From the NCBI RefSeq assembly GCF_000002075.1, contig NW_004797932.1, forward strand, positions 9,168 through 73,167: a stretch of 64,000 bases of DNA. Direction: 5' to 3'. The translations under genes and the position numbers were made by a program. This document shows positions 37,601 through 49,600 of this stretch, in pieces (the stretch's first letter is position 1; the number at the start of each line of letters is the position of its first letter). The notes beneath the pieces were generated by a model, which was not told where the DNA came from, did not search any database, and was given only the letters and a program-made list of their open reading frames with translations. This DNA comes from Aplysia californica (lineage: Eukaryota).

Positions 37601-40600
37601 CAAAAAAACCCCAAAAAATTAATAAATAATCTTCATCACCATGATTACAAACAGCATGTCATTTTTACTACTACTCACTGATATAGCAGTCGTCATCGAC
37701 ATCGCACTTGCAGCCTCCCATGAAGTTCCCTCTGGTGAAGTTCATACACTCTTCATCAGTCTTGGGGGTCATCCCTTCGAAGACGGCTTGAGAAATCGTG
37801 TTGATCTTGCCCACCCCCGCCGAGTCCATGTAGGGCGTGGACACAGAGGTCTTGTGAGGGGCCGAGCTCGTACGTTTGTACCACGGACGCCTGAAGTACG
37901 CGGGAATCAAACAAGGCGGCTAATTAATACTTTGTATATATATGCTGTCAGTATATCAAACATGGTAACTAATTAATACTTTGTATATATATGCTGTCAG
38001 TATATCAAACATGGTAACTAATTAATACTTTGTATATATATGCTGTCAGTATATCAAACATGGTAACTAATTAACATTTTGTGTATATATGCTGTCAGTA
38101 TATCAAACATGGTAACTAATTAACATTTTGTGTATATATGCTGTCAGTATATCAAACATGGTAACTAATTAACATTTTGTGTATATATGCTGTCAGTATA
38201 TAAAACATGGTAACTAATTAACACTTTGTATACTCTGTTAGTAAATCAAACAAGGTAAGTAATTAACACTTTGTTTATACTATTAGTAAATCAAACATGG
38301 TAACTAATTAACACTTTGTAAACGTTATTAGTAAACCAAACAAGGTAACTAATTAACACTTTGAATACGCTATTAGTAAATCAAACATGGTAACTAATTA
38401 ATTAACACTTTGAATACGCTATTAGTAAATCAAACAAGGTAACTAATTAACACTTTGTGTACACTGTTAGTATATCAAACAATGTAAATCATTAACACTT
38501 TGTATACTCTGTTAGTATATCAAACAATTTAACTCATTAACACTTTGTATACGCTATCAGTATATCAAACAATGTAACTCATTAACACTTTGTATACGCT
38601 ATCAGTATATCAAACAATGTAACTCATTAACACTGTATACGCTATCAGTATATCAAACAATGTAACTCATTAACACTGTATACGCTATCAGTATATCAAA
38701 CAATGTAACTCATTAACACTGTATACGTTATCAGTATATCAAACAATGTAACTCATTAACACTGTATACGCTATCAGTATGTCAGTATCATTTGTCCAGC
38801 ACACTAGTTGATCTGATTACGATCATGAGAGTGAATCACTCGCACTATTGAAGCGAAACTTTTCAAGAGAAGCTGCGTGCACTTCTAAAGAAGTTAACAA
38901 TTTTGAAAATGCCATTATGTCAATCTATACTGTCTAAAGAAGTTTACAATTTTGAAAATACCATTATTTCAATCTACGCTCACATTGTAAAGAAGTTTAC
39001 AATTTTGAAAATGCTATTATTTCAAAATTATGGCTATCATATCTTTGATGAAAGTATCTTTTTCAAAAGACTTAAAATGTATCTTTATAAGAAAAAAGAT
39101 GTACTTTGTTGGGTCGTAGCCTCTGGTAGATCTGTGGCCAGGGTAGGTGCGAAATACTCCGCTCCGAAGCCCCACATTTGTCCACTTGACTTGATCAATG
39201 GACTCAAACTTTCTGTCTCTCCAGATTTTCTCGATGGGCTGCGTGATCAAAACATCAGCTCTGAAAGCACAAAAAGAGCAATGAAAAAAAGTGCATGTAA
39301 CAATAGAGAACTGCAATCTACAATTTTAAAAAGTATAAGGTAAAGGGAAGATGTAGAAGCAAGCCCATCATCAAAAGAATAATCAGAAAATGTGCTTACA
39401 GCAAAATAAGTTGCAGTAGGAGAAGGGGGGGGGGAGGTAGAGGGAGGGGGGGGGAGGTAGAGGGGGGGGAGGTAGAAGGGGGGGGAGGAGGGGGCTGTTT
39501 GCCTGTGCTTGATGTATCATCAGCAGCCTAGAATGGAAAAGGAAAATGAGACGTCACATGAACAAATAAATACTGGCAAGTAAAAAAAGTTTCTCTCGCA
39601 AACCACCAAAATAAATTCTCTGCAATAAATTCACTCAGCCCACAACACTTCTGTCTTACCTAACGCCTTTGTTAAACTTCTGATCTCGACTTTCACATCC
39701 TTGGTCTTCGCTGTATCCGTTGATCCAAAAGTGAGCATCCAAGGTCTTCTCTTCCAAGCTGTCGTTGTACATATACTTGATGGGATCACAGTGGCTCTGA
39801 GGGGCTGCAGGAAAGAAAAAAAAAATCATACTTATTATACTTTAGAAAATGTACCCCCTTACTATTCCAAAAGAAAAGGTAATTAATATATGTGTCACGA
39901 CGTGGTGGAATCAGGCACTCGTCAATTTTTGGGCATGTCGAGTTATTGGTATTATCTTAAAGCGTGTTCACTTACCTTGCTTTCTATGGAAAAAAAAATT
40001 CCCATCTATCTTGAATAGAAGTTGAGATATTGGCAATTGAAGGAAGTGCGTGTAGCCTGGTTTCAGAGGTAAAATTAGCGAGAATATGGCCGCCAAAGTT
40101 TGGTAACTTCAATAGCTTGAGAGTCCTTGAAAATGGAAACTATCTATATTTTGTGCCATTAATGTTTTTCAGTAAAATTTACTCAGAAATGTGTTTCTAT
40201 ATGGACATAAAAGATGTAGAGCCAAAAAACACAAATTCGAAAAAAACTGCCAAACTTTAGGAAAAATGCATGTTTCTTTGATTTCATTAATTTGATGACG
40301 AGTGCCTGATTTCACCATGATGCCTCACGTATAATCAAATCATCAGATAGATGTCCTTTTGTAAGAGAGAGGCAGAGAACAAGGATGGACGAAGATCTTG
40401 TCAGTACGTTAGTGCTCTAGCATGTGTAATCCACAGCTTGCTCTGTATACTTCTTAGGAAGACGAGAACGTATCCAAGTCGTGTCCTTGGGTCAGCTGGG
40501 GGAATGATAATTGTAGGGCACATAGAGCATGCTGTAGAGCATGAATACATTTGCTATAAAAATGTTATTATTATTATTATTACTATTATTATTATTATCA

Positions 40601-43600
40601 TTATTATTTGGCGCTCATATGAGCTTATGCAGTTGCGAGCACCGTAAAACCTCTACTAAAACTATCATCATTATTAATATTATCATTATTATTATCCGTG
40701 GTGTCCCAGCCGTCAATAACTATGAAATAAGTAGGAAGATATCAAACCCTGATATATACTTACCTAAGAAAATTGTGGAGTACTTGTAAGTAATTCTCAG
40801 TTCGGGATACCTCTCCTCGGACTCTCTCACGTCTATTTTCTCGTACACGCCCGGCAGTCTCTCCCTCAGAAGGGCGCTGTTGTACATCTTCAGGAGATTG
40901 TAGTAGCTCTCGTCTATGCTGGTGCGGTCTCGCGGCTCTTGAGATCGGCGAAATTCCTAAGAACGAAACAATGCACATGGGGGTTTGCGATATATTTTTG
41001 TCCCAGCTCACTGCTCAAAAAGACATAATAATAAAAATCAAGTTTATGGCATCTTCTAAACTCTTTTAAATGAAACGAAACGTCGCATTTATTTCATATT
41101 TTGCTCAATCTCACACCCAACCAGACGCAGTTTGAGTTCTTGGGATCTATGGTGTTTATTTAAACGAAACAAAACATGGGGTCTTATTTAAATGTTCGTT
41201 GTTGTCTCTGAACCAAGCCTTACACAAAAAATCAAGTTTTTGTCATCGGGACAGAATTCCTTAAAAGGAAACAGAACAAGTGACTTTCTTACTTTGTGGA
41301 AACTTGTCACCCTGCCTGACATCAATGTAAGGGGTCATTTTAACAATTTGCTGCCAAAAGTCTCATATATTAAAAACTTTTGCCATCAAAGGCAAAGGCA
41401 TTTTGGGAAAATCCAAAGAAATTGGGAGGTAAACATCGCCAATCCGCGAGATGAGGCGTCAAAGTGTTAAAAACAGAACACCTGACAGAAAGAAAGAAAT
41501 GTTCCCAGGAGGACAAGGAAACTAGGTAACCCAGCCAGACTCAAACTTTTCTGGAGTGAGCCACGACTTACCATATCCTCACTTGCCAAACTGAAGGCAA
41601 ACGAGTAGTCTTTGTCCAAGATGGACCCGTAGTAGTAGGTCTGAGGGAGCAGAATTGAAAAAAATAATGTTATTGTCGTAATTAGTGACAGAGCAAATCC
41701 TAGATCAGTTTTTGTACCCTCATATATCATCATGAATAGCATTTGTATAGTGCAAATTCCAGATCAACAGCAAGCTCTAAGTATTTTACAATCTATATCA
41801 TTCACGGCGCACAGAAGCAGGATACTTTAGTTGAGAACTCAGGTAGCTAGTGCCGCGCTGACCTTTGACGGTGAGCGGGGTCATTGTTTGGGCATTCTTC
41901 GGTCAGCATGACCGCGTGGGAGGTTTAGAAAATCGTATTTTTCATCCTGAATTGAGCGCTCATTAACGCTACAATATTGACTGAAAGACATCACTGCATG
42001 AGGGAATCAGAAGTTCCAAGCCTTTTTCATGATTTTTCACAAACAAAGTGAATCGGTATTCGTCGGTTTAGTTGTAACAGAAAGTGCAAGATGGTCATAC
42101 CTGATTCCCGTTAGCGTTTCCAGTTATGACGTAACGAGCGCCGATAATTAGAAAACTGAGCATCAGGATTAGTTCATCTTTGAGGGACATAAACGTAACA
42201 CTTAAGGGTATCTACTCCCCAAATTTCACTGCTGCCGCAGTTTCCGTAACCTCAAAATGGTTGACCTATGCATCACTTTGCCGTAAATATCCACACATTT
42301 CCCTCACTTAACTCCACACGAATTATTGAGTAGGCTATATAGGTTTTAGTTTAGTTTTAGTAGAGGTTTTACGGCACTCGCAACTGCTATAAGGTCATAT
42401 GAGCGCCAGAAGATTAGAGCTGTTACAAGAGAGTAACAAACATAAAAAAAGAAGGAGGGGAGATAAGGACGATAGATGTTTGATAGGAAAGAAGAAGCAA
42501 ACCACACCAGAGCACCCGCCAACCACCCTCTCTATAGGTTTTATTATTATATATATACACACATGTCTTGAATCATTGTCTCTGCACGTTGTACATCTAC
42601 GTGTTGGTCACTGACTGGGACAACAGGCTGAGGGTTGGTGTGGCAATTCTGACTTGTACTGTGTGTGGGTCTTTTTTGTGTTGAGTGTGCTGAGAGCACG
42701 GGTACATGTACTCTGTCTGTGTGGTTGTGTCTGTCTCAGAAATGTTGGTGCTAGGACTAGCTTGGTTTGTGTATGTTTCTTGATTGCTGTAGGGAGACTG
42801 GGGGTAACGTTGCTTTACTGTGGCACAGCCAAGAGAGAGCAGTTTTTTTTCTGTTCACAGACTGTGTATGTTTTCGCATCAAAGTCTTCAATGTAAGCAC
42901 ACCAAATGTTTGTAGGGGCACTGCACTATTTCGAAGTGTAGCGTCATAGATCGTTTTATAACATTTCAAACACATAAATTTGGAGTGTTTGTCACTACTG
43001 TCATCTTTGATATTCCACCCAAACACAAGGAAGAGATCACTGGCTATTTCCGAACATAAATAAGGTTTTTTAAAGGATTTTCTCTGCTTCCCTGTAATGT
43101 TCAGTCTTCCGTACACTCTAAACAAGACTGTTTAAAGCGGATACATGACTTTCAGGGGTGGGCTCCATTTTAAGGTCTTCGTTTTATACCCCAATAACGT
43201 TAGTAAATTCGCGGGCCCAACACAATAATCCGATGTAGCTTAACAACCACAACTGCGGTAGTACTGAAATTTCCACACTTAAAACAAGATTTGTTACTAC
43301 ACACGCACATACTAATCCCAAAAAATTTCAATGCACCGTTTTGTCGCAATAAATCATTATTTATCCTCTGTTTGAAATGAGAAAAGCGTGTTACACATGC
43401 AGCAAACAGACACGTGTGGAACACTTGGTATAAAACGTAGAAGACTGGGACTTTCTTTCAGAGAAGGAGAAATGGTGTTGGTTAAGTCTATAAATTAAAA
43501 CTACTTGGTGGGTCTAATGGAACCACGGCATGTGAGGTAGTAAATGAGACAATTTTATCGACAACACAGCATACGAGACTGTGGAGCATCACCTGTTCCA

Positions 43601-46600
43601 CTGCACAGCCCTAAATGACATCAGAGCTACACTTCTCCCTCCGAGACCTAACATTGACAACACACTCTATGGAACATTACAGCAACTGCAGCAGACCTGC
43701 ACTTATCACTACATGGCATTGGACAGAAAGGCGAGAGCCCAGCTGTTGCTGGATCGATAACAACAACAACAACAATCGAGAACACATCCCAGTTTATAAC
43801 GGTGCGATGAGGTCAAATGACCCCAATAAAAAAGGACAACGGGTACCGGGCGGGGTGATTAATTACCTCCGGACAGCGGGAGCTGCGGTGCAACTAAAAG
43901 GCGCGATTTCAGCTGATTTCGTGCGCCGTGTATTACCCCGACAAACCTGACAGCATTTTGAAATAATCTCTGGGAAGCATACAGTGAATATCACATAGAT
44001 TTCACAAAGGGTAGTCAACCACAGTATTTTAGGTTTACTTTCGGGGGGCGGGGGGGGGGGGTAGTCTAGAGTTAGGTCAGGCTCGCTCCAGGAGTAACGA
44101 ACGGTTCGCTGGTACAACTTGCAAACGAACTGACGGGTAACAAAGGAACCAAACTGATGCTCCAGTCGAGATCTTTTTCCTGTGTGGAAAAGGTCACCTT
44201 CAGACTCAACTGTCAAGTACATTTCATTGGCATTGGTAACATTATTAGATCACAAAGACGTTTTGGCACTTACCCTGGTCTTTCCATCTCTTGCTTTGTT
44301 CAAAATTTTCATCCCCGTTTCCCCATGAAGCATTTCCTCTTCAATCTCAGAAAACTCACTCGGGTTGCCATCTTTGTCTTGCTCTAGCCCAGAGATGGGG
44401 ATGTAGATCGGATCTTCCAGCAACTGCACAAGTAAGAACAGAAAAGATAAGAAGATAACTCATAGTTCAAAGTGAAATTTCCAACTTCCGCTTAATTATT
44501 TGCTCTTTATCCTTTTAGAATGAACGAAAAGAAACAAAAAGCAAATACCAGCATGAGCGGTGATATGGTCAGTCTCTTCGCCATTTCTTTCAAATACTGT
44601 GAGCTCTATTCTGACATGAGCAGTCCATCTCATTGAGAACATCTTTCCATCTGTTAGGACGCTGTATCCTCCCAGGGCTGGGATAGCCCTTACAAGCACA
44701 TATGAGAAGCCACCCACCCCCTAAATGACCTGAATTGTTTCGATACGAGTGTAAAACATAACAACAATTTACAAAAATAGTAAAACAACATTAATGTCAC
44801 TGGCACTCTCATCAAATTTAGAGCTACTGTGAACATATTTTAGAAAGACAATACCCTGAAGAAAACCACGTGGAATATAACTTTGAGCACTGCTACACAT
44901 TTTTTAAAAAGCAACAAATTTACTCAAATTAAAACTGCGTATGCCGATTCCATACAATCCCTAAAAAAAAAGAAGTAACGGACTCAGTAACAGACATCAT
45001 ACCGTTGTGCTTGGCTTCAGCTTCGGGTGGAAAATCACGTCTGCATTGGAATTGATCAAGAAGGAATAAACTGACCCCCACTGATGCTTGGTGAGAAAGT
45101 TTTCAATTTCGTCCAAGGTTGCATCGATGCCAACCACACCAATGTATCTGAAAAGACAAAAAATAAAAAGAAGAAACAAAATGTAGAGACCAGTAGGCTA
45201 TAGGGTGCTATGTCCTCAAATTCCCTACTCTCCAGTCTAGTAACTGGGCAAAGTGCTCACTATGAAATATCACTGTGACAAACCTGGAAGGAAAACCACT
45301 ACTTGTGTACTGGTGTGCCTTCAACTTCATTTAATAATTTAATAATTGCATTTATATAGCGCATATCCACGCTCAAGAGCATGCTCTATGCGCTTTACAA
45401 CCATTATTACCCCAGCAGACCCTCTGAAACCAGGGTCATCCGTTTGAAACCCCTCCCCCACAACAAATCGAGATTAAGAACACTTCACTACTGACCGAAA
45501 CCAGGGTCATCTGCACCACACCCAAAATGAAACTAAATAAGCTAGTGGTGAGCTCTCATTTGCATAACTTCATCAAAGCAGGAAAAGGATCTGCTCAGCA
45601 GGTGCTCTGGTGTGGTTTGCTCCTTTTTCCCTCTCAAACATCTATCATCCTTTTCTCTCCTCCTTCTTTCTTGTGTTTGCTACTCTCTTGCAACACCTCT
45701 AATCTTCGGCACTTGTATGACCTTACTGTGTTGCAAGTGCCGTAAAACTCTTACTCAAACTAAAACTCCTCTCTCTCTCTCTCACAGGTGCTACTTGTTT
45801 GACACAGCAGCGTTTCTAGTGAAACGATTACTTACTAAAACGTACTAAAGCAAGACACACAGCGTTTCTAGTGAAACGATTACTTACTAAAACGTACTAA
45901 AGCAAGACACACAGCGTTTCTAGAGAAACAATTACTTACTAAAACGTACTAAAGCAAGACACACAGCGTTTCTAGAGAAACAATTACTTACTAAAACGTA
46001 CTAAAGCAAGACACACAGCGTTTCTAGAGAAACAATTACTTACTAAAACATACTAAAGCAAGACACACAGCGTTTCTAGAGAAACAATTACTTACTAAAA
46101 CGTACTAAAGCAAGACACACAGCGTTTCTAGTGTAATGATATGGGACATAATCCATAATCCACCACAGTTGCTTGTCCATTATATTATCAGTTGTTTCCC
46201 TTTCATTGTAAACACTCCATGAGCAGTTCTCACATTATCTTGAGATTCAGGGCTTCTGGGAACGTAGGGTCTGGGGTGTATATAAAGCTGTGTCTGTGTC
46301 TCTAGTGTTTTTTTCGGTCATTTGACTGGTGAAGTGAACCTTGCACCACTAGTGAAACAATTACTTACTAAAACATACTAAAAGCAAAGCACAAGTCGAG
46401 CAACCACTCACTTGCCAGTTTTGGCACTGGTCACAGGGACAGCGTGGGTGATCATCAGACCCAGCCCCCATGAGTCCAGGTACGGCGCGGTCCACAGCGC
46501 GTTCTCCGTGGCGGCGATGGCCGACAGGAACTCGAAGTAGTTGTACATCTGCGTGATGAGGTTCTCCCCCGTCAGAAGCTTCAGCATGCTGCCGTTGTGG

Positions 46601-49600
46601 TCACAGGCCAGGGTACCGGGGAACATCTCCGCGTCCTCCACAATGAGGTAGCTGAAGATCCTTGCCTGTCCAACAATGAATTCTACTGCTACACTTCTCA
46701 TAGGAACATATCAACATAAACAAAAATGGGCCAAAGTAAAGTGTGACCCCCTCACATGTTTTTGCACATCACAACAATCAACGATCACAACGCACTGTTT
46801 CACATTACTGAAAGAGGTGATTACAATCCCGCAGTAGGTCAAGTAAATCAGGGGTGGGGAGCGGAGGGGGGGTACTTAATTTTTACCCAAAAAAACAAAT
46901 ATCTATGCCTTTTGCAATGAGAAACTTGATGAATTGATAGAACTTCCCATGTGAGTATTTACTAAAAGAACAAAAATCTACAAACTTTACAATGACAGCA
47001 ATGAGGTACTAGAATAATAAGGCTCGAGAAACAGGGAGAATAAATGCATTCAAAACGTCACAAACAGACAACACAATCTCCTTAGCCTCCCACTCAAAAG
47101 TTGACATCAAAGCCCTTTTAAAAACATTACAATAACTTCTGAAAACCTCCATCTTTTTCATCTTTTTCAACATGGCACTGGGTCAAAAGCACACTCTCAA
47201 AGCCTACTAGATAACAACAATAACAAAAATATTAGAAGCCCTTCAAAGTAAAAAAAAAAACAACAACAAGAGGATGTTGCTTTTTCGAAACCTAAAAAGC
47301 AAAACAACCCCCCCCCCCCAAAAAAAAAAAAAAAACGGAGAAAAAAAACAAACAACCAAATGAAAAACCAAAGAACATAAAAAGAAAAAGACAGACTTAC
47401 ATTTGGAGCGAGATACTTGTTCTTTTCCATCGGCACGTTGTACACAGATGTAAAGTTGTACTTGCAGATGGGCCCAGGAACGTACCCACTCCTTGTGTAG
47501 TACCCTGGAGCGGGATCAGAACAGGACAGCAGTAGGGTCATTGTCATGACTATAAAACACCTCTTTGGGCAAGCATACGAAGATTCCAAATTCAGCCATT
47601 ATTAGACAGTAGGGTCATTGTCAGGGCTATAAACACCTCTTTGGGCAAGCATACGAAGATTCCAAATTTAGTCATTATTAGGCAGACTCACATCTGCATC
47701 AACATTGCATCCATAATAATAGATAGCATTTGTATAGCGCAAATCCCCGCTCAACAGCAAGCTCCATGCGCTTAACAATCTATACTATTACACCAGCAGA
47801 CCTGAGAGCATTCTGAAACCTCATCTTCCTGGGAAGCATACAGTGCAAGCAGCCATTTATAGGCGCTAAATCACTACAATACTGACAAGATCTTTCGCTG
47901 TCTATGGCCGAGTACCCATTCCCACCTGGGGGAAGAGAGGAAAATTCATTTAAAGTGCCTTCCCCAAGGACATGTCGGGCCCGCGGCTCGAACCCCCAAA
48001 ACGCAACCTCACGATTACGAATCCGGTAGCCTAACCACTAGGCCACCGACACCACGTTTCAGCACAATTTCATCAAGAGATAAGAAAATGAAGAATTCAA
48101 CACACCTGGTCCACACCTGACATCCTCCCCGTCGGTATCTTTCCCGTCTGTGGCAAACACAATGATGGACTGGCAGCCAGTGCGAGGTGCTCTCCTCAGT
48201 AGGTCAAAGGCTAGGTCGTAGCCTTTTCTGGGAAAAAGAGAATGAACACATAACATTACCTTGCTTTAATCCTTGTAAGAAAAGATTTCATAATCCAAGA
48301 ATCCCAGAGGTGGGTGGTTGGCAGGTGCTCTGGTGTGGTTTGCTTCTTCTTTCCTATCAAACATCTGTCGTCCTTATCTCCCCATCCTTCTATTTTATGT
48401 TTGTTACTCTCTAGTAACACCTCTAATCTTCGGCACTTATATGACCTTATTGTGTTGCAAGTGCCATAAAACACTTCCTAAAACAAAACTAAAAGAATTC
48501 CAGAGCATTCTGTATGATGCACTCCAGTGTGCAGGATAAAGTAATCTCACACTAGCTAATAGATGCCAGTGAGCAAAAAAGTTTATAGTCATAGGATATA
48601 TGGCAAGTGGGTATATATGGCAAGTGGGTACCAACAGAGATTTTTTTAAATTCTTATGATCTAATCAATTAACTGTAATGTTTTAGTAATACAATCTTTC
48701 CCCCAACACTTAGGTAATATAACTTCAAAATCTAACCATTATGAAACATGACATGGCTTATTTGCTTCAAGGGTTCAACTTCTTAATAGAGAAACAAATA
48801 CAAAAAATACAACCAAAAAAAGCTACCTTTTAAGTCAGTTACACATAAACAAATTGTTTCTAATCCCTATTAATCTTGTCCTCATCTTCTTTCACCAACA
48901 ACATAAGCAGAATAATAAATACAAAAATACAAAATATACTTTTTCAATCCTCATCCATTTGAAATAAAGCAGGTAACAAAAAAACACCAGGAATTTCTTT
49001 TCAAAGGGAAAATTGCAATGCAAAGGCCATCAGTGTAAAAGAGAAAAGAGAACCAAAACACTTAAGAATTCGACAAATTTAGCAGGATCTACTCACTCCA
49101 GTTCCGTTGTTCCCCCAGCTACCAATTTTTCAATTTTCTCTATCAAGTCCTTTCTGTGAGCATTTGTAGCTTTCACCATTCTCTCCTCCTGGCAACTCAA
49201 AACTCTTGTGTCGTAGTAGTGCCACCTGAAGAGAGAGAAATCAACGAGTTCATCAATACGCTCTGGTTTAAAAGAGTCACATCAGACCCACAGTCTCATT
49301 CCTTTGACACTAGTTCATCAATACGCTCTGGTTTAAAAGAGTCACATCAGACCCACAGTCTCATTCCTTTGACACTAGTTCATCAATACGCTCTGGTTTA
49401 AAAGAGTCACATCAGACCCACAGTCTCATTCCTTTGACACTAGTTCATCAATACGCTCTGGTTTAAAAGAGTCACATCAGACCCACAGTCTCATTCCTTT
49501 GACACTAGTTCATCAATACGCTCTGGTTTAAAAAGAGTCACATCAGACCCACAGTCTCATTTCTTGGATTCCCTACTCCCATGTGTTCAAAGAAAAACTT

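Larger units (their letters stand above)
34784..39410. repeat. Near-identical 2.3-kb tandem duplication (34784-37117 / 37118-39410) containing exons 16-17
   Basis: Offsets 2334 and 2293; exons identical; about 2 SNPs plus minisatellite copy-number differences. Confidence 0.95.
41803..43930 (-). mobile_element. Chapaev/N-RAG-TP-like (CMC) DNA transposon relic
   Basis: Termini CACGGCGCAC/GTGCGCCGTG; 4-bp TSD catt/tatt; splits an older SINE; decayed zinc-binding ORF; nested S1 (42343-42530) and LINE tail (43569-43774). Confidence 0.72.

Noticed and set aside
43867-43946. Possible extra host exon (ag|VCRGNTRR...|gtaatt)
   Set aside because: Its phase is incompatible with the flanking phase-0 exons and it overlaps the transposon terminus.
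49247-49560. CRISPR-like appearance of regular repeats (also 45802-46132, 20383-20545, 35571-36487)
   Set aside because: Head-to-tail units with no unique spacers and no cas genes; these are eukaryotic intronic or intergenic minisatellites.
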